This document shows, piece by piece, positions 1-9,411 of a DNA stretch of 64,000 bases; the stretch's first letter is position 1, and every line of letters begins with the position of its first letter. Below the pieces are notes generated by a model. That model was not told where the DNA came from, did no database searches, and saw only the letters and a program-made list of their open reading frames with translations. The position numbers and the translations under genes are program-made. Source of the DNA: a virus; the IMG/VR virus record IMGVR_UViG_3300025010_000010, one strand, 5' to 3'.

Positions 1-1928
1 TCAGATGGACAACAAGAATCGCTTCAATGTGTGAAGGATTTGAGATAAAACAACAAGCTGTTTCTCTTCCCTCAATAATGGAATTTAAGGATGATGAAGA
101 AGAAAATGAATTTCTTTGGAGTCAAATTGTCCGGGGAATGAAACGTAAATTAAATCATTTGAGTGATGAGGAATATGTCAATTATTCTGCAAGAGTCGAC
201 GAAGAGATTGAATTAATCAAAAAGATGAAATTTCAAAGATACTTTTTGATTGTATGGGATTTGATTAATTGGTGCAAGAAAAATAATATTATGGTTGGCC
301 CTGGCAGAGGATCGGTGGGGGGTTCGCTTATCGCTTTTTTGCTGGGGATTACTGATGTCGATCCCATAATTCATAATTTGGTATTCTTCAGGTTCATTTC
401 TCCTGACAGAAATGATCTACCCGATATTGATCTTGATTTTGAGGATCATAAACGGTATCAAGTCCGGGAATATTTAGAGAATAAATATGGCAAGAATAAT
501 GTTGCTGGCCTTTCTACATTTATGTTGATGAAGGGAAGGAGTGTTATCAGGGATGTTGCAAGGGTATTTGATATTCCCCTGAATGAAGTTGATGTTGCTG
601 CAAAGGCAATGAATGATGATAATAAAAATAATGAACAAGTAAAGGGTTCATTTGAAAATATTATTGAATGTAAACAATTTAAACATAAATATCCTAAAAT
701 TGTAAAGATAGCGGAAAACCTTGAAGGTCAGGTACGCGGTTGCGGCCAACATGCCGCTGCTCTTTGTATTTCCTCGGAAGATTTAACAATCGGGACAAAA
801 TGTAATCTTGCTTTGAGAAGTAATCAAATTGTTGCAAATTGGGATAAGGATAATGCTGAATATTGTGGATTGATGAAACTTGATATTCTGGGATTATCAG
901 CCTTATCTGTCCTGAATGAAACAAAAAAAATGGTCAAGGAAAATCATAATGTTAATATTGATTTTCAAAAATTATCTCTTGATGATCAAAAAGTTTATGA
1001 CCAAATAAATAATGGAAATACAATAGGGGCATTTCAGATTGGAACTTATGGATTGACAAAATATTGTATTGATTTGGGGGTAGATAATTTTGAAGTTCTT
1101 TCTGCTGCTACCGCCTTGTTTCGTCCTGGTCCTTTGGATTCAGGGATGGCAGAAGAATTCGTTAAAAGGAAAAATGGTAAGGCTAAAATCAAAAGTATCA
1201 ATCCTGCTTATGACAAAATAACTGAAAATACTTATGGGATTATTGTTTATCAAGAACAAGTAATGCAAGTTATCAATAAACTTTCTGGAATCCCCATGAA
1301 TATTTGTGATAAAATTCGGAAGGTAATGGCCAAAAGCAAGGGGGAAGAAGCATTAAACAAATATTATGATCAATTTATTGAAGGATGCCTGAATAATAAA
1401 TCTGTCGATAAGAAAAAGGCAAAAGAAATCTGGAAAACAATATTAACATTCGGTAATTACGCATTTAACCGTAGCCATTCTGTTGAGTATTCCGTTATTA
1501 CCTATTGGGATATGTATTGTAAAACATATTTCCCTAATGAATTTATTGCTTGTTCCTTGACATTTGGAAGTAAAGAACATTCACCTAAATTGATTCAAGA
1601 AAGTAAAAGATTACGGATGAAATTGAAACTGCCCAAAATAGGAATTTCAAAAGCAAAAAGCTGGATTGTGGATACAAAAGGAAATCTATATGCTCCTTTT
1701 ATCTCAATTAATGGGGTTGGGGAAACAGTTGCCTTGAATCTTGAAAATGCTTCTGCTCAAAAACAAAAAAATAAAGGGTTTTTCAACTCTGATAATATGG
1801 AATCGACAAGTATAAAAGGAGTAAATAAGAATATTGTTTTGATATTAAAAGAGATTGGGGCCTATGAAAAAGAGAAGGTTTTTACCCCGATAGAGTATAA
1901 TAAAATAAAGCATTTATTTTCTTTTTGA
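1..1928 (+). CDS. dnaE: DNA polymerase III alpha-type replicative polymerase (DnaE family), C-terminal ~640 aa; 5' part lies upstream of the window
   Basis: Frame is open back to the window edge. Motifs GPGRGSVGGSLIAFLLGITDVDP, PDIDLDFED (catalytic Asp pair), LFRPGP, YGIIVYQEQVMQ and FNRSHSVEY are typical of the Pol III alpha palm and fingers. Confidence 0.9.
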   Translation, partial: RWTTRIASMCEGFEIKQQAVSLPSIMEFKDDEEENEFLWSQIVRGMKRKLNHLSDEEYVNYSARVDEEIELIKKMKFQRYFLIVWDLINWCKKNNIMVGPGRGSVGGSLIAFLLGITDVDPIIHNLVFFRFISPDRNDLPDIDLDFEDHKRYQVREYLENKYGKNNVAGLSTFMLMKGRSVIRDVARVFDIPLNEVDVAAKAMNDDNKNNEQVKGSFENIIECKQFKHKYPKIVKIAENLEGQVRGCGQHAAALCISSEDLTIGTKCNLALRSNQIVANWDKDNAEYCGLMKLDILGLSALSVLNETKKMVKENHNVNIDFQKLSLDDQKVYDQINNGNTIGAFQIGTYGLTKYCIDLGVDNFEVLSAATALFRPGPLDSGMAEEFVKRKNGKAKIKSINPAYDKITENTYGIIVYQEQVMQVINKLSGIPMNICDKIRKVMAKSKGEEALNKYYDQFIEGCLNNKSVDKKKAKEIWKTILTFGNYAFNRSHSVEYSVITYWDMYCKTYFPNEFIACSLTFGSKEHSPKLIQESKRLRMKLKLPKIGISKAKSWIVDTKGNLYAPFISINGVGETVALNLENASAQKQKNKGFFNSDNMESTSIKGVNKNIVLILKEIGAYEKEKVFTPIEYNKIKHLFSF

Positions 1929-1940
1929 ATGGTGATTTAA

Positions 1941-2306
1941 ATGTCTCTTTCTTGCTATGTCCCAGAAGATTATTATGGAGAAGGCTGGTATTATTATCCT
2001 CCTGATGATTTTACAATATTAAGAACTTTAAGAAGGAAAAGATGTTGTTCTTGTAAAAAATTAATTGATTACGGTTCTGAATGTTTAAAGTTTATTCGAA
2101 CAAGAGAACCAAGAACCGATCTTGAAATAAAAATATATGGAGATGGAGAAGATTCAATAACACTTGCTCCTTGGTATATGTGTTCTGCCTGTGGGGAACA
2201 ATTTTTAAATTTAAATGAATATGGATATTGTATTGATATAGCTGAAAATATGTTTGATTTATTGAAAGAACATAGAGAAATTAATGGAATCAAGATAGGT
2301 GATTGA
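1941..2306 (+). CDS. hypothetical Cys-rich (zinc-ribbon-like) protein
   Basis: 121-aa ATG ORF directly after dnaE; cysteine pairs CCSC...CSAC. Confidence 0.55.
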   Translation: MSLSCYVPEDYYGEGWYYYPPDDFTILRTLRRKRCCSCKKLIDYGSECLKFIRTREPRTDLEIKIYGDGEDSITLAPWYMCSACGEQFLNLNEYGYCIDIAENMFDLLKEHREINGIKIGD

Positions 2307-2568
2307 AATGATTAAGAAGGGGAAACAATGTATCGAATGCTTCAACAATAAAACAAAGATATTTAGAAACGAAAATGATTTGTTGAAATTTCTGGAAGAG
2401 AAAAGGATCAAATCAAAAGTTCCTAAAACATGGTTGGAGAAAATAATTGATGATGGATATATCCAATTGTTTTGGTGTTCTGAACAAAAGCCAACGAGAC
2501 CAACAGTAAATTTATTGAATCATGGAAATAATTATAAACGGGTAATTTGCCCTGGAATATCAAAATGA
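2299..2568 (+). CDS. hypothetical protein
   Basis: 89-aa ORF with an 8-nt overlap on the upstream ORF; co-directional operon context. Confidence 0.5.
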   Translation: MIEMIKKGKQCIECFNNKTKIFRNENDLLKFLEEKRIKSKVPKTWLEKIIDDGYIQLFWCSEQKPTRPTVNLLNHGNNYKRVICPGISK

Positions 2569-3407
2569 GGATTATTCGTATTTTCCCAAGAAAAACTTCT
2601 GCTACTCCCAATGATGAATTGGCCATAATAAATAGAAGGCCAGGATTTTATGATGAAGCCGATGAAATTCATATTTCTGTAGCTTTTGAGTGGGATTTAA
2701 AAAGAGCAGAAGAATTAGCTAAATATTGGGGGAAAGTTGCAAATGTGAAAATTGGTGGGCCAGCACTTAATGAACCTGGTGGAGATTTTGTTCCAGGAAG
2801 GTACCTTAAAAAAGGTTATATCTTAACATCAAGAGGTTGTCCAAATAGATGTTGGTTTTGTAAAGTTTGGATTAGAGAAGGTGGGGACGTAAGGGAGTTA
2901 CCAATAACTGAAGGAAATAATATATTAGATGATAATTTATTGGCTTGTTCAAAACTGCACATATTGAATGTTTTTAATATGCTTAAAAATCAAAAACAAA
3001 TTCAGTTTACTGGAGGATTAGAAGCATTAAAACTTCGTGAATGGCATGTCAAAGAATTTAAAAAATTAAGTTTAAGCCAATTATTTTTTGCTTATGATAC
3101 CCCTGATGATCTTGAGCCATTAATTGAAGCTGGAAAATTATTGAATAAATACGAAATAAATTGGCCTAAATTAAGAGCGTACGTTTTCATGGGTTGGCCT
3201 GAAGATAAAAAAAGAAAAATAAAAGCAGATACATTTGAAAATGCAGAAAAAAGACTTTATGAAACAATATCTGCTGGATTTATGCCAATGGCAATGTTAA
3301 TGAGAGATGAAAATGGAAATGCCAATTATAAATGGAAAACATTTCAAAGAAGTTGGGCAAGACCGGCAATGATATATAGAATGGCAAAAAATAAAAATTT
3401 AATATAA
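2565..3407 (+). CDS. radical SAM domain protein
   Basis: CPNRCWFC (CxxxCxxC) cluster after a Rossmann-like N-terminus. Start trimmed to the ATG at 2565, which forms an ATGA overlap with the upstream stop. Confidence 0.7.
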   Translation: MRIIRIFPRKTSATPNDELAIINRRPGFYDEADEIHISVAFEWDLKRAEELAKYWGKVANVKIGGPALNEPGGDFVPGRYLKKGYILTSRGCPNRCWFCKVWIREGGDVRELPITEGNNILDDNLLACSKLHILNVFNMLKNQKQIQFTGGLEALKLREWHVKEFKKLSLSQLFFAYDTPDDLEPLIEAGKLLNKYEINWPKLRAYVFMGWPEDKKRKIKADTFENAEKRLYETISAGFMPMAMLMRDENGNANYKWKTFQRSWARPAMIYRMAKNKNLI

Positions 3408-3415
3408 GGAAATTT

Positions 3416-4339
3416 ATGAGCCTTGCAATAGATCATCGCCCAGCAACATTTGATGAAGTAATTGGCAATCAAGGAACAATCAAGGGGATTAAATCGTTAT
3501 TTGAAAATAGGCAAGATAAATTTCCTCATGCAATCCTTCTGACCGGCCCAACAGGTTGTGGGAAAACCACGATCGGGAGAATAGTTTCAAATGCCCTCGG
3601 TGCACAGGAGGCAGATTTCCGGGAAATTGATACAGCTGATTTCCGGGGAATTGATACAATACGGGAAATCAGAAAACAAGTTCGGCTCAAGCCGCAAGAT
3701 CCAAAAAGCTCTTGCCGGGTATGGTTACTGGATGAATGTCACTCTATCAGTAAAGACGGTCAGAATGCCTTGCTAAAAGCCCTGGAGGATGCCCCTGGCC
3801 ACGTTTATTTTATCCTCTGCACTACAGACCCTCAGAAGCTCTTGCCGACCATACAGGGCAGATGCACCCATTTTATGGTATCCCCTTTGAACGAAGGAGA
3901 AATGAGCGTATTACTCAGAAAGGTTTGCAGAGCTGAAAAGATTACATTGCCGAACGAGGCCAGGGAATTGATTTATGAACAATCATTTGGTCATCCCAGG
4001 AATGCCCTCAAATTACTGGAGAAGGTTGCTGGTTTGAATCCAGAGGAAATGGCAGAAGTTATTTTTGAGGAAGCGGCAAAACAAAATGCTGCAATTGATC
4101 TTGCAAGAGCATTGATTCAGAAATCTTCCTGGAAAAAAGTTTCTTCAATATTGGAAGGATTGAAGAATGAAGAAGAAGAATCATTGAGACGAATGGTATT
4201 GTCCTATTGCAATACAATCCTTTTAAAGAAAGAAGATTTCCAGGCATTTATTGTAATGGATGAGTTTGCAGAACCATTTTATAATACTGGGAAACCTGGC
4301 TTGACATTGGCTTGTTTTAAAGCTGTTCATGCCCAATAA
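3416..4339 (+). CDS. AAA+ clamp-loader subunit (DnaX/HolB/RFC-like)
   Basis: Walker A GPTGCGKTT, Walker B LLDECH, sensor-1/SRC-like TIQGRC. Size and order match DNA polymerase III gamma/tau-like clamp loaders. Confidence 0.85.
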   Translation: MSLAIDHRPATFDEVIGNQGTIKGIKSLFENRQDKFPHAILLTGPTGCGKTTIGRIVSNALGAQEADFREIDTADFRGIDTIREIRKQVRLKPQDPKSSCRVWLLDECHSISKDGQNALLKALEDAPGHVYFILCTTDPQKLLPTIQGRCTHFMVSPLNEGEMSVLLRKVCRAEKITLPNEARELIYEQSFGHPRNALKLLEKVAGLNPEEMAEVIFEEAAKQNAAIDLARALIQKSSWKKVSSILEGLKNEEEESLRRMVLSYCNTILLKKEDFQAFIVMDEFAEPFYNTGKPGLTLACFKAVHAQ

Positions 4340-4367
4340 TTTTCAGCAGAATTTTTAGGTTTCTGAG

Positions 4368-4373
4368 TATAAT
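4368..4373 (+). promoter_or_regulatory. candidate -10 box (gagTATAAT) in the intergenic gap
   Basis: Perfect TATAAT in the 55-nt gap before the small ORF at 4395. The same AGTATAAT context recurs at 52481, 56174 and 58743. Confidence 0.3.
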
Positions 4374-4394
4374 ATAAATAAATAGGAATAAATT

Positions 4395-4574
4395 ATGAGA
4401 ACGTTTATTGAAACCAATGGAGTTAAAGAATCAGGAAAATCAATTATTGAATTAACTGGAGAAGAATCAAATTTAATAATTATTGCACTTGAAGAATATT
4501 GTAATAAAAATAAACGAAAGAAAATAGCAAAGAATTTACTTTATCAAATGGAAAATACCCTTCCAATAAAATGA
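4395..4574 (+). CDS. small hypothetical protein (59 aa, below ORF-track cutoff)
   Basis: ATG ORF fills the gap between 4339 and 4571; its stop forms an ATGA overlap with the next start. Confidence 0.4.
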   Translation: MRTFIETNGVKESGKSIIELTGEESNLIIIALEEYCNKNKRKKIAKNLLYQMENTLPIK

Positions 4575-4828
4575 ACTGGGTAAAATATAATGGCAATCCA
4601 ATTCCAAAAATAGCTCTTCCTGATGATGTTGATCGAGAATTGTTATTTTTGGTATTATCTGGAAAATGCCCTCATTGCAAAATAGGGAAACTTGTTGAGG
4701 CAATTGACAAGGAATATCCACCCAAAAAAGTTATTTGTGGAAATTGCCTTGCAAAAGGAATGGGAATGAAAATGCGAGAAGCATTTGTTGATTTAATCTT
4801 AAATGGAGATAAACAAAATGGGATATGA
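4571..4828 (+). CDS. hypothetical zinc-ribbon protein
   Basis: CPHC...CGNC cysteine pairs; 85 aa. Confidence 0.55.
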   Translation: MNWVKYNGNPIPKIALPDDVDRELLFLVLSGKCPHCKIGKLVEAIDKEYPPKKVICGNCLAKGMGMKMREAFVDLILNGDKQNGI

Positions 4829-5321
4829 AAATTATGATCTAAATCCGGAAAACGATATTAATGTAATCCCAGAAGATTTGGATATCGAATGGTTGCGGCA
4901 ATCAGGGCTTTTCCTAAAATATTCTAAGGCGGCAGCGGATTGTGAACTTGCTGTTAAAAATGCAATTGAAAATATTAAAATAATTCGTTCGGAATTAACT
5001 CTTGAGGCAAATTCAAAATTAGAAAAGCCGACTATTGCAAATGTTGAAGCATATTATCGTACTCATCCGAAACATCAAAGGGCAAAAGAAGATTTGTTTG
5101 CTGCTGAATATGAGCGGGATATTATCAATGCCGCAAAGTCAGCAATCTATATGCGGAAATCAGCCCTTGAGAACTTTGTAAAATTGGCGGCAATGGGCTG
5201 GACTTCTGTGCCGGTTGCTCCGAAAACATTTGAACAATTATCAGCAAAAATGGAGGAATATGAAAATCGTTCTGTAAATGAAAAAATCAGAGCTGCAACC
5301 AAACCAAGGAGGACAAAATGA
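4818..5321 (+). CDS. hypothetical protein
   Basis: Start chosen at the ATG at 4818, 8 nt after GGAGA. Helical, charged composition. Confidence 0.55.
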   Translation: MGYENYDLNPENDINVIPEDLDIEWLRQSGLFLKYSKAAADCELAVKNAIENIKIIRSELTLEANSKLEKPTIANVEAYYRTHPKHQRAKEDLFAAEYERDIINAAKSAIYMRKSALENFVKLAAMGWTSVPVAPKTFEQLSAKMEEYENRSVNEKIRAATKPRRTK

Positions 5322-5322
5322 A

Positions 5323-5493
5323 ATGGATTGGACTATTCAACATTGGATATATTTATTTTTTGGCTCATTGATTTGGGTTTATATAGCGTCAAGGTTATGG
5401 CATTCCGGATTGATTATAACAATTAGCCGGATTATTGAAAGAATCTTATCAACAAAACAAATAAGGGAGAACAAACATGGCGGCAAGAAGTAA
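5323..5493 (+). CDS. small membrane protein
   Basis: Internal ATG after AAGGAGGACAAA; one hydrophobic span (WIYLFFGSLIWVYIA). Confidence 0.45.
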   Translation: MDWTIQHWIYLFFGSLIWVYIASRLWHSGLIITISRIIERILSTKQIRENKHGGKK

Positions 5494-6685
5494 ATCAACC
5501 AGAAAGTATGGATCGGCTGCAGACAGGGCCAGGGCAGGAGCAGCCGTTGCTGGTCCGCAAGGTGGAAGTGGGACAATGTTCAAGAATCTCGGAGATGGAA
5601 CGGAGTTTTTTAATGTTGATATTCCCAAGGGTAAGACGGAGGTAAAATATACCTTGCGGCTCTTGCCCTATATCGTTTCCGATCCCAAACACCCAGATGG
5701 GCAGAATATTGCTCCTGTTGGGGAATTGTGGTATAAACGGCCCTTCAAGCGAGTTCGGCAGGTTGGGGTCGATAAGAAATCATACATCAGCCCTCTTTCC
5801 ATTGGGAAGGCTTGCCCGATTAATGAATATTACATTAAGGCAAAAGCTGATCCTTCTATTCCTGACGCTGAAGCGAATAAGTTCAAGGCCCAGGATTGCG
5901 TAATGTACAATGTTCAGGTAATCGAGAAAGGTGAACCTGGACCGATTATGTTCTGGTGGTTTTCTTACGCTTGTTTTGAAAAGCGGCTGAAAAAAGAATT
6001 GCTTGACCCGGATAATGATGAATACGCAACCTTTATGGATTTGGTTGGTGGATTTGATCTTCGGGTGCGTTTTCAGAAAGAGAACTTTGCCGGACATGAT
6101 TTCGTATCTGCTGATAGCATTTCTTTTATCGAAAGGGATGATATTGACGAATCTATTCTCGATGAGGCAATCAATCTCGATGATGTCTTGGTCATTAAAT
6201 CTTACGATGAATTGAACAATATTTTCCTCGAAATGGATTCCGGGGAAGAAACCGAAGACGAACCGGAAGAAAAGCCAGCAAAGGAGACAAGACAACGGAA
6301 AACAGCAAAGCCTGAACCACCCGAGGAAGATGAAGGAACAGGAGATGATGTACCGTTGAATGTTGGGGAAGAAGAAGATAGCGGTTCTGAGTGTCCTCAT
6401 GATTTGACATTTGCTGTTGATTTTAATTCCAAGAAAGTTTGCCGGAAGTGTGAAGTCAAAGATGAATGTGAGGAAGCGTTTGATGCGTTGCCGGAAGATG
6501 GAGACGGACCTGAAGAACACGGAGAGCAGGAACCGGAACCAGCTCCAGCCAGAAACAAGAAAACAGCAAAACCGAAAGGTGATTGTCCGCATGGATTTGC
6601 GTTTGCTGTAGATTGTGATAAGCATAAGCAATGTGATGTCTGCAAGGTTTGGGATTCTTGTATGGAAGCTCAGGAAAAGCTGTAA
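5477..6685 (+). CDS. putative ssDNA-binding protein (T4 gp32-like core) with acidic tail and two C-terminal 4-Cys modules
   Basis: The core pattern TLRLLPY...WYKRPF...CPINEYY...MYNVQV...WWFSY resembles gp32 OB-fold landmarks. It is followed by a long acidic linker and then two paralogous CPH..FAVD..C..C.....C modules. Confidence 0.45.
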   Translation: MAARSKSTRKYGSAADRARAGAAVAGPQGGSGTMFKNLGDGTEFFNVDIPKGKTEVKYTLRLLPYIVSDPKHPDGQNIAPVGELWYKRPFKRVRQVGVDKKSYISPLSIGKACPINEYYIKAKADPSIPDAEANKFKAQDCVMYNVQVIEKGEPGPIMFWWFSYACFEKRLKKELLDPDNDEYATFMDLVGGFDLRVRFQKENFAGHDFVSADSISFIERDDIDESILDEAINLDDVLVIKSYDELNNIFLEMDSGEETEDEPEEKPAKETRQRKTAKPEPPEEDEGTGDDVPLNVGEEEDSGSECPHDLTFAVDFNSKKVCRKCEVKDECEEAFDALPEDGDGPEEHGEQEPEPAPARNKKTAKPKGDCPHGFAFAVDCDKHKQCDVCKVWDSCMEAQEKL

Positions 6686-6742
6686 TTTAAGATTTGGAAA
6701 ACGTCAATTCCAATTCCCTCCCCTTATAAAATGGGCGTGACA

Positions 6743-6767
6743 GCCAGGAGAGACTGGCATTTTTATT
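6743..6767 (+). terminator. weak candidate intrinsic terminator
   Basis: GCCAG-gagaga-CTGGC hairpin followed by ATTTTTAT, 57 nt after the SSB stop. Confidence 0.35.
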
Positions 6768-6785
6768 AATTCAATGGAGGAAATT

Positions 6786-6923
6786 ATGAATGATAAGGGA
6801 TTTGCAAAAATTCAAATAATGACAATTATTGGTCTTATCCTTAGTACCGTTTTAAGTATTAGTATTTTAGGATTTATCGGCTGGGTAATAATTAAAACAA
6901 TGCAGCATTTTGGTATTATTTAA
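6786..6923 (+). CDS. small membrane protein (45 aa, below ORF-track cutoff)
   Basis: GGAGG lies 6 nt before the ATG; single TM (IMTIIGLILSTVLSISILGFIGWVII). Confidence 0.45.
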   Translation: MNDKGFAKIQIMTIIGLILSTVLSISILGFIGWVIIKTMQHFGII

Positions 6924-6935
6924 CGGTTATCAATA

Positions 6936-7985
6936 ATGGAAAGAACGAAAAGCAAAACAGTTGAAAGAGTCAAGGCAGCACTTTCCCAGAAGCATCAAAA
7001 ATCAGAAACAACCTATGATGGGGATTTCAATAATACAATTTCCACTGGTTCAACTCTTCTTGATCTTGCAATATCCGGGGAAATCATTCATGGTGGCGGG
7101 ATTCCAACCGGGATAGCAGTAGAAATATTCGGGGATTCATCTGCAGGTAAAACTGTCCTCATGTGTGAAATTGCTGGGGCTATTCAGCGAAAAGGTGGAG
7201 ATGTAATATTCAATGACCCTGAAGCAAGATTAAATAAAGAATTTGCTGCCCTTTTTGATTTTTCCATTACTGACAAAACAATTAAAGAACCAGATACAAT
7301 TGCAGAAGTATTCAATTTGTTCGATTCCTGGAAACCTTCTGGAAATCCCCCCCATGCCATAATTGCGGACTCAATAGCAGCCCTTTGTACTGAAGAAGAA
7401 ATGAAAGATGCCAAGGGTTATGACGGGGCGAAAAGAGCGAATGATTTTAGCCAGGGATTCCGGCGCACCTGTAGAATGCTAAAACAACGAGGCTGGCTTA
7501 TGGTATTTTCGAATCAAATTAGAGATACCATGGCCACTATGCCTTTTGCTAAAAAGACGAAAGCAACGGGCGGACATGCCCCTAAATTCTATGCTTCATT
7601 AAGATTGGAGATTTCTAAGAAACAAGTGATCAAGGCTGAAAAGAGTTTGTATGGGAAAGAGCATAAAGAATCAATTGGTATATTATCCCATATAGATGTT
7701 GTTAAATCCTCTGTGGGGAAGGGATATCGCTCTGCCGACATTTATATTATGGATAATTATGGGATTGATGATATCCGGGCTAATCTTGTTTTCCTGAAAC
7801 AGAATTCAAAATACAAGAAATATTCTATTGACGGGGAAGAAATATTTTCAAATAGCCTTGATGCAGCGATTTCTTATGTTGAAGAAAACGGAATTGAAGA
7901 AGAATTGAAAGAAGCAGTAATTGAATTATGGGAAGAAATACAGGCTCAATTTGTCCAGGATAGAATGCCGAAAAGGAGAATATGA
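6936..7985 (+). CDS. RecA-family recombinase (RecA/UvsX/RadA-like)
   Basis: GGIPTGIAVEIFGDSSAGKTVL (Walker A), AIIADSIAAL (Walker B), RecA-like core length. Confidence 0.8.
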   Translation: MERTKSKTVERVKAALSQKHQKSETTYDGDFNNTISTGSTLLDLAISGEIIHGGGIPTGIAVEIFGDSSAGKTVLMCEIAGAIQRKGGDVIFNDPEARLNKEFAALFDFSITDKTIKEPDTIAEVFNLFDSWKPSGNPPHAIIADSIAALCTEEEMKDAKGYDGAKRANDFSQGFRRTCRMLKQRGWLMVFSNQIRDTMATMPFAKKTKATGGHAPKFYASLRLEISKKQVIKAEKSLYGKEHKESIGILSHIDVVKSSVGKGYRSADIYIMDNYGIDDIRANLVFLKQNSKYKKYSIDGEEIFSNSLDAAISYVEENGIEEELKEAVIELWEEIQAQFVQDRMPKRRI

Positions 7986-8839
7986 AATACATCCTTTTTG
8001 ATTCTAATTATTTCTGCTGGCGAGCTTTCCATACCCCTGCCGGAAATCTTTCTTATGAAGATTTCGGGACAGGTATTATTCATTCATTCCTTGTTCAAGT
8101 ATTGATTCATTCCCGGAATTTTGGCTTAACATTTCCTGTTTTCTTTTGGGATTCAAAGAAGAAAATCAGAAAACAGATTTATGCTGGGTATAAGGACCGG
8201 CAACAAGAAGAAATGACAGATGATGAAATGGAAGCCAGAAAGGAACTTTATCATCAAATGGAAATTCTTCGAACAGAAATTCTCCCGGCCATTGGATTTA
8301 AAAACAATTTTATTCAAACCGGATATGAAGCAGATGATTTAATTGCAAAATTTGTAATTGATAATCCTAATCAATCTGTTATTTTGACAAATGACGAAGA
8401 CCTTTTGCAGCTTACTGATTATTGCTCCTGGTATTCCCCTTCAAAAAAGATATTGATTAACGGAAAAGAATTCAGAAAGAAATATGGAATTGAACCAAAA
8501 CAATGGATGGATGTAAAGGCATTAGCTGGTTGCAGCTCTGATAAAGTGCCTGGCATTTCGGGGATTGGGGAGAAATATGCAATCCAATATTTAAAAAATG
8601 AGATGAAATCTGACTCAATCAGGTATAATAAAATTGAGAGTGTAAAGGGGAGATGGGTCAGAAAGAGAAATGAAAAACTTGTTTCCCTTCCATTTCCTGG
8701 AACTGAAGAAATTGAATTGAAAGAAAATAAATTTAGCATTGATTCATTCCTGGAAGTTTGTAAAATTTATGGAATGCATCATTTGGCTGAACAAGCAAGT
8801 GAATGGCAAAATCATTTTAGGATTGGTTATGGATTATAA
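7982..8839 (+). CDS. 5'-3' exonuclease / flap endonuclease (FEN, RNase H-like)
   Basis: PIN-like N-terminus with acidic clusters (YEADDLIA, TNDEDLLQL) and H3TH motif DKVPGISGIGEKYA. Confidence 0.8.
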   Translation: MKYILFDSNYFCWRAFHTPAGNLSYEDFGTGIIHSFLVQVLIHSRNFGLTFPVFFWDSKKKIRKQIYAGYKDRQQEEMTDDEMEARKELYHQMEILRTEILPAIGFKNNFIQTGYEADDLIAKFVIDNPNQSVILTNDEDLLQLTDYCSWYSPSKKILINGKEFRKKYGIEPKQWMDVKALAGCSSDKVPGISGIGEKYAIQYLKNEMKSDSIRYNKIESVKGRWVRKRNEKLVSLPFPGTEEIELKENKFSIDSFLEVCKIYGMHHLAEQASEWQNHFRIGYGL

Positions 8840-9098
8840 AGACGGAGAAGAATGTTCACGCGGCTGCGCAAATCATACAACTCATCTATGTGAAAAATGT
8901 GGGCGAATAAATGCAAATATACAATCAACTACAGATTATTTAATCGATAAATTTGCTGAATATCTCGCGGATCTTATTGCATTTCAAATCCTTTATAAAA
9001 AGATTACTGGAAAGAAAATTCCTGGAAGTGATAGGACAAAGAGACTTAGAAAAAAGAAAATGTCAAGATTGTATAATGATTTTAAAAAATATAATTGA
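8829..9098 (+). CDS. hypothetical zinc-binding protein
   Basis: Track ORF 8739 trimmed to the ATG at 8829, which overlaps the FEN stop; CANHTTHLCEKCG. Confidence 0.5.
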   Translation: MDYKDGEECSRGCANHTTHLCEKCGRINANIQSTTDYLIDKFAEYLADLIAFQILYKKITGKKIPGSDRTKRLRKKKMSRLYNDFKKYN

Positions 9099-9105
9099 GT
9101 TGGTT

Positions 9106-9411
9106 ATGGAATATAAATCGATTTTATTGAATAATATTAATATTTCATCTGGATTGTTAAAAAAACTTAATGATTTAGGATTCACTGAAACTGGAAATTT
9201 TATTGATAGTGATGATATAATTTTTGTAAGATATTTAACAAAAGATGAATTTGTCAAATTGGCGATGGAAATTACACGATATAAAGCAGCAATTTTTTAC
9301 AATATAGAAAAATCAAAAGAAGACGAAACATTAAAAAATCTACCTTGGGCCTGCTGCGGGGCAAAAATCCCGGCAGGTGAAAGATGTCCTGTTTGTGGAG
9401 ATACGGAATGA
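9106..9411 (+). CDS. hypothetical protein with C-terminal zinc ribbon
   Basis: Track ORF 8953 trimmed to the ATG at 9106, just after the upstream stop; CCG...CPVCG. Confidence 0.5.
   Translation: MEYKSILLNNINISSGLLKKLNDLGFTETGNFIDSDDIIFVRYLTKDEFVKLAMEITRYKAAIFYNIEKSKEDETLKNLPWACCGAKIPAGERCPVCGDTE

Noticed and set aside
5780-6631. 283-aa - strand ORF antisense to the SSB-like gene, plus nested 6195-6645 ORFs.
   Set aside because: It lies within a uniformly + strand operon. Its Phe/Leu/Arg-rich translation is produced by the antisense of the Glu/Lys-rich coding sequence.
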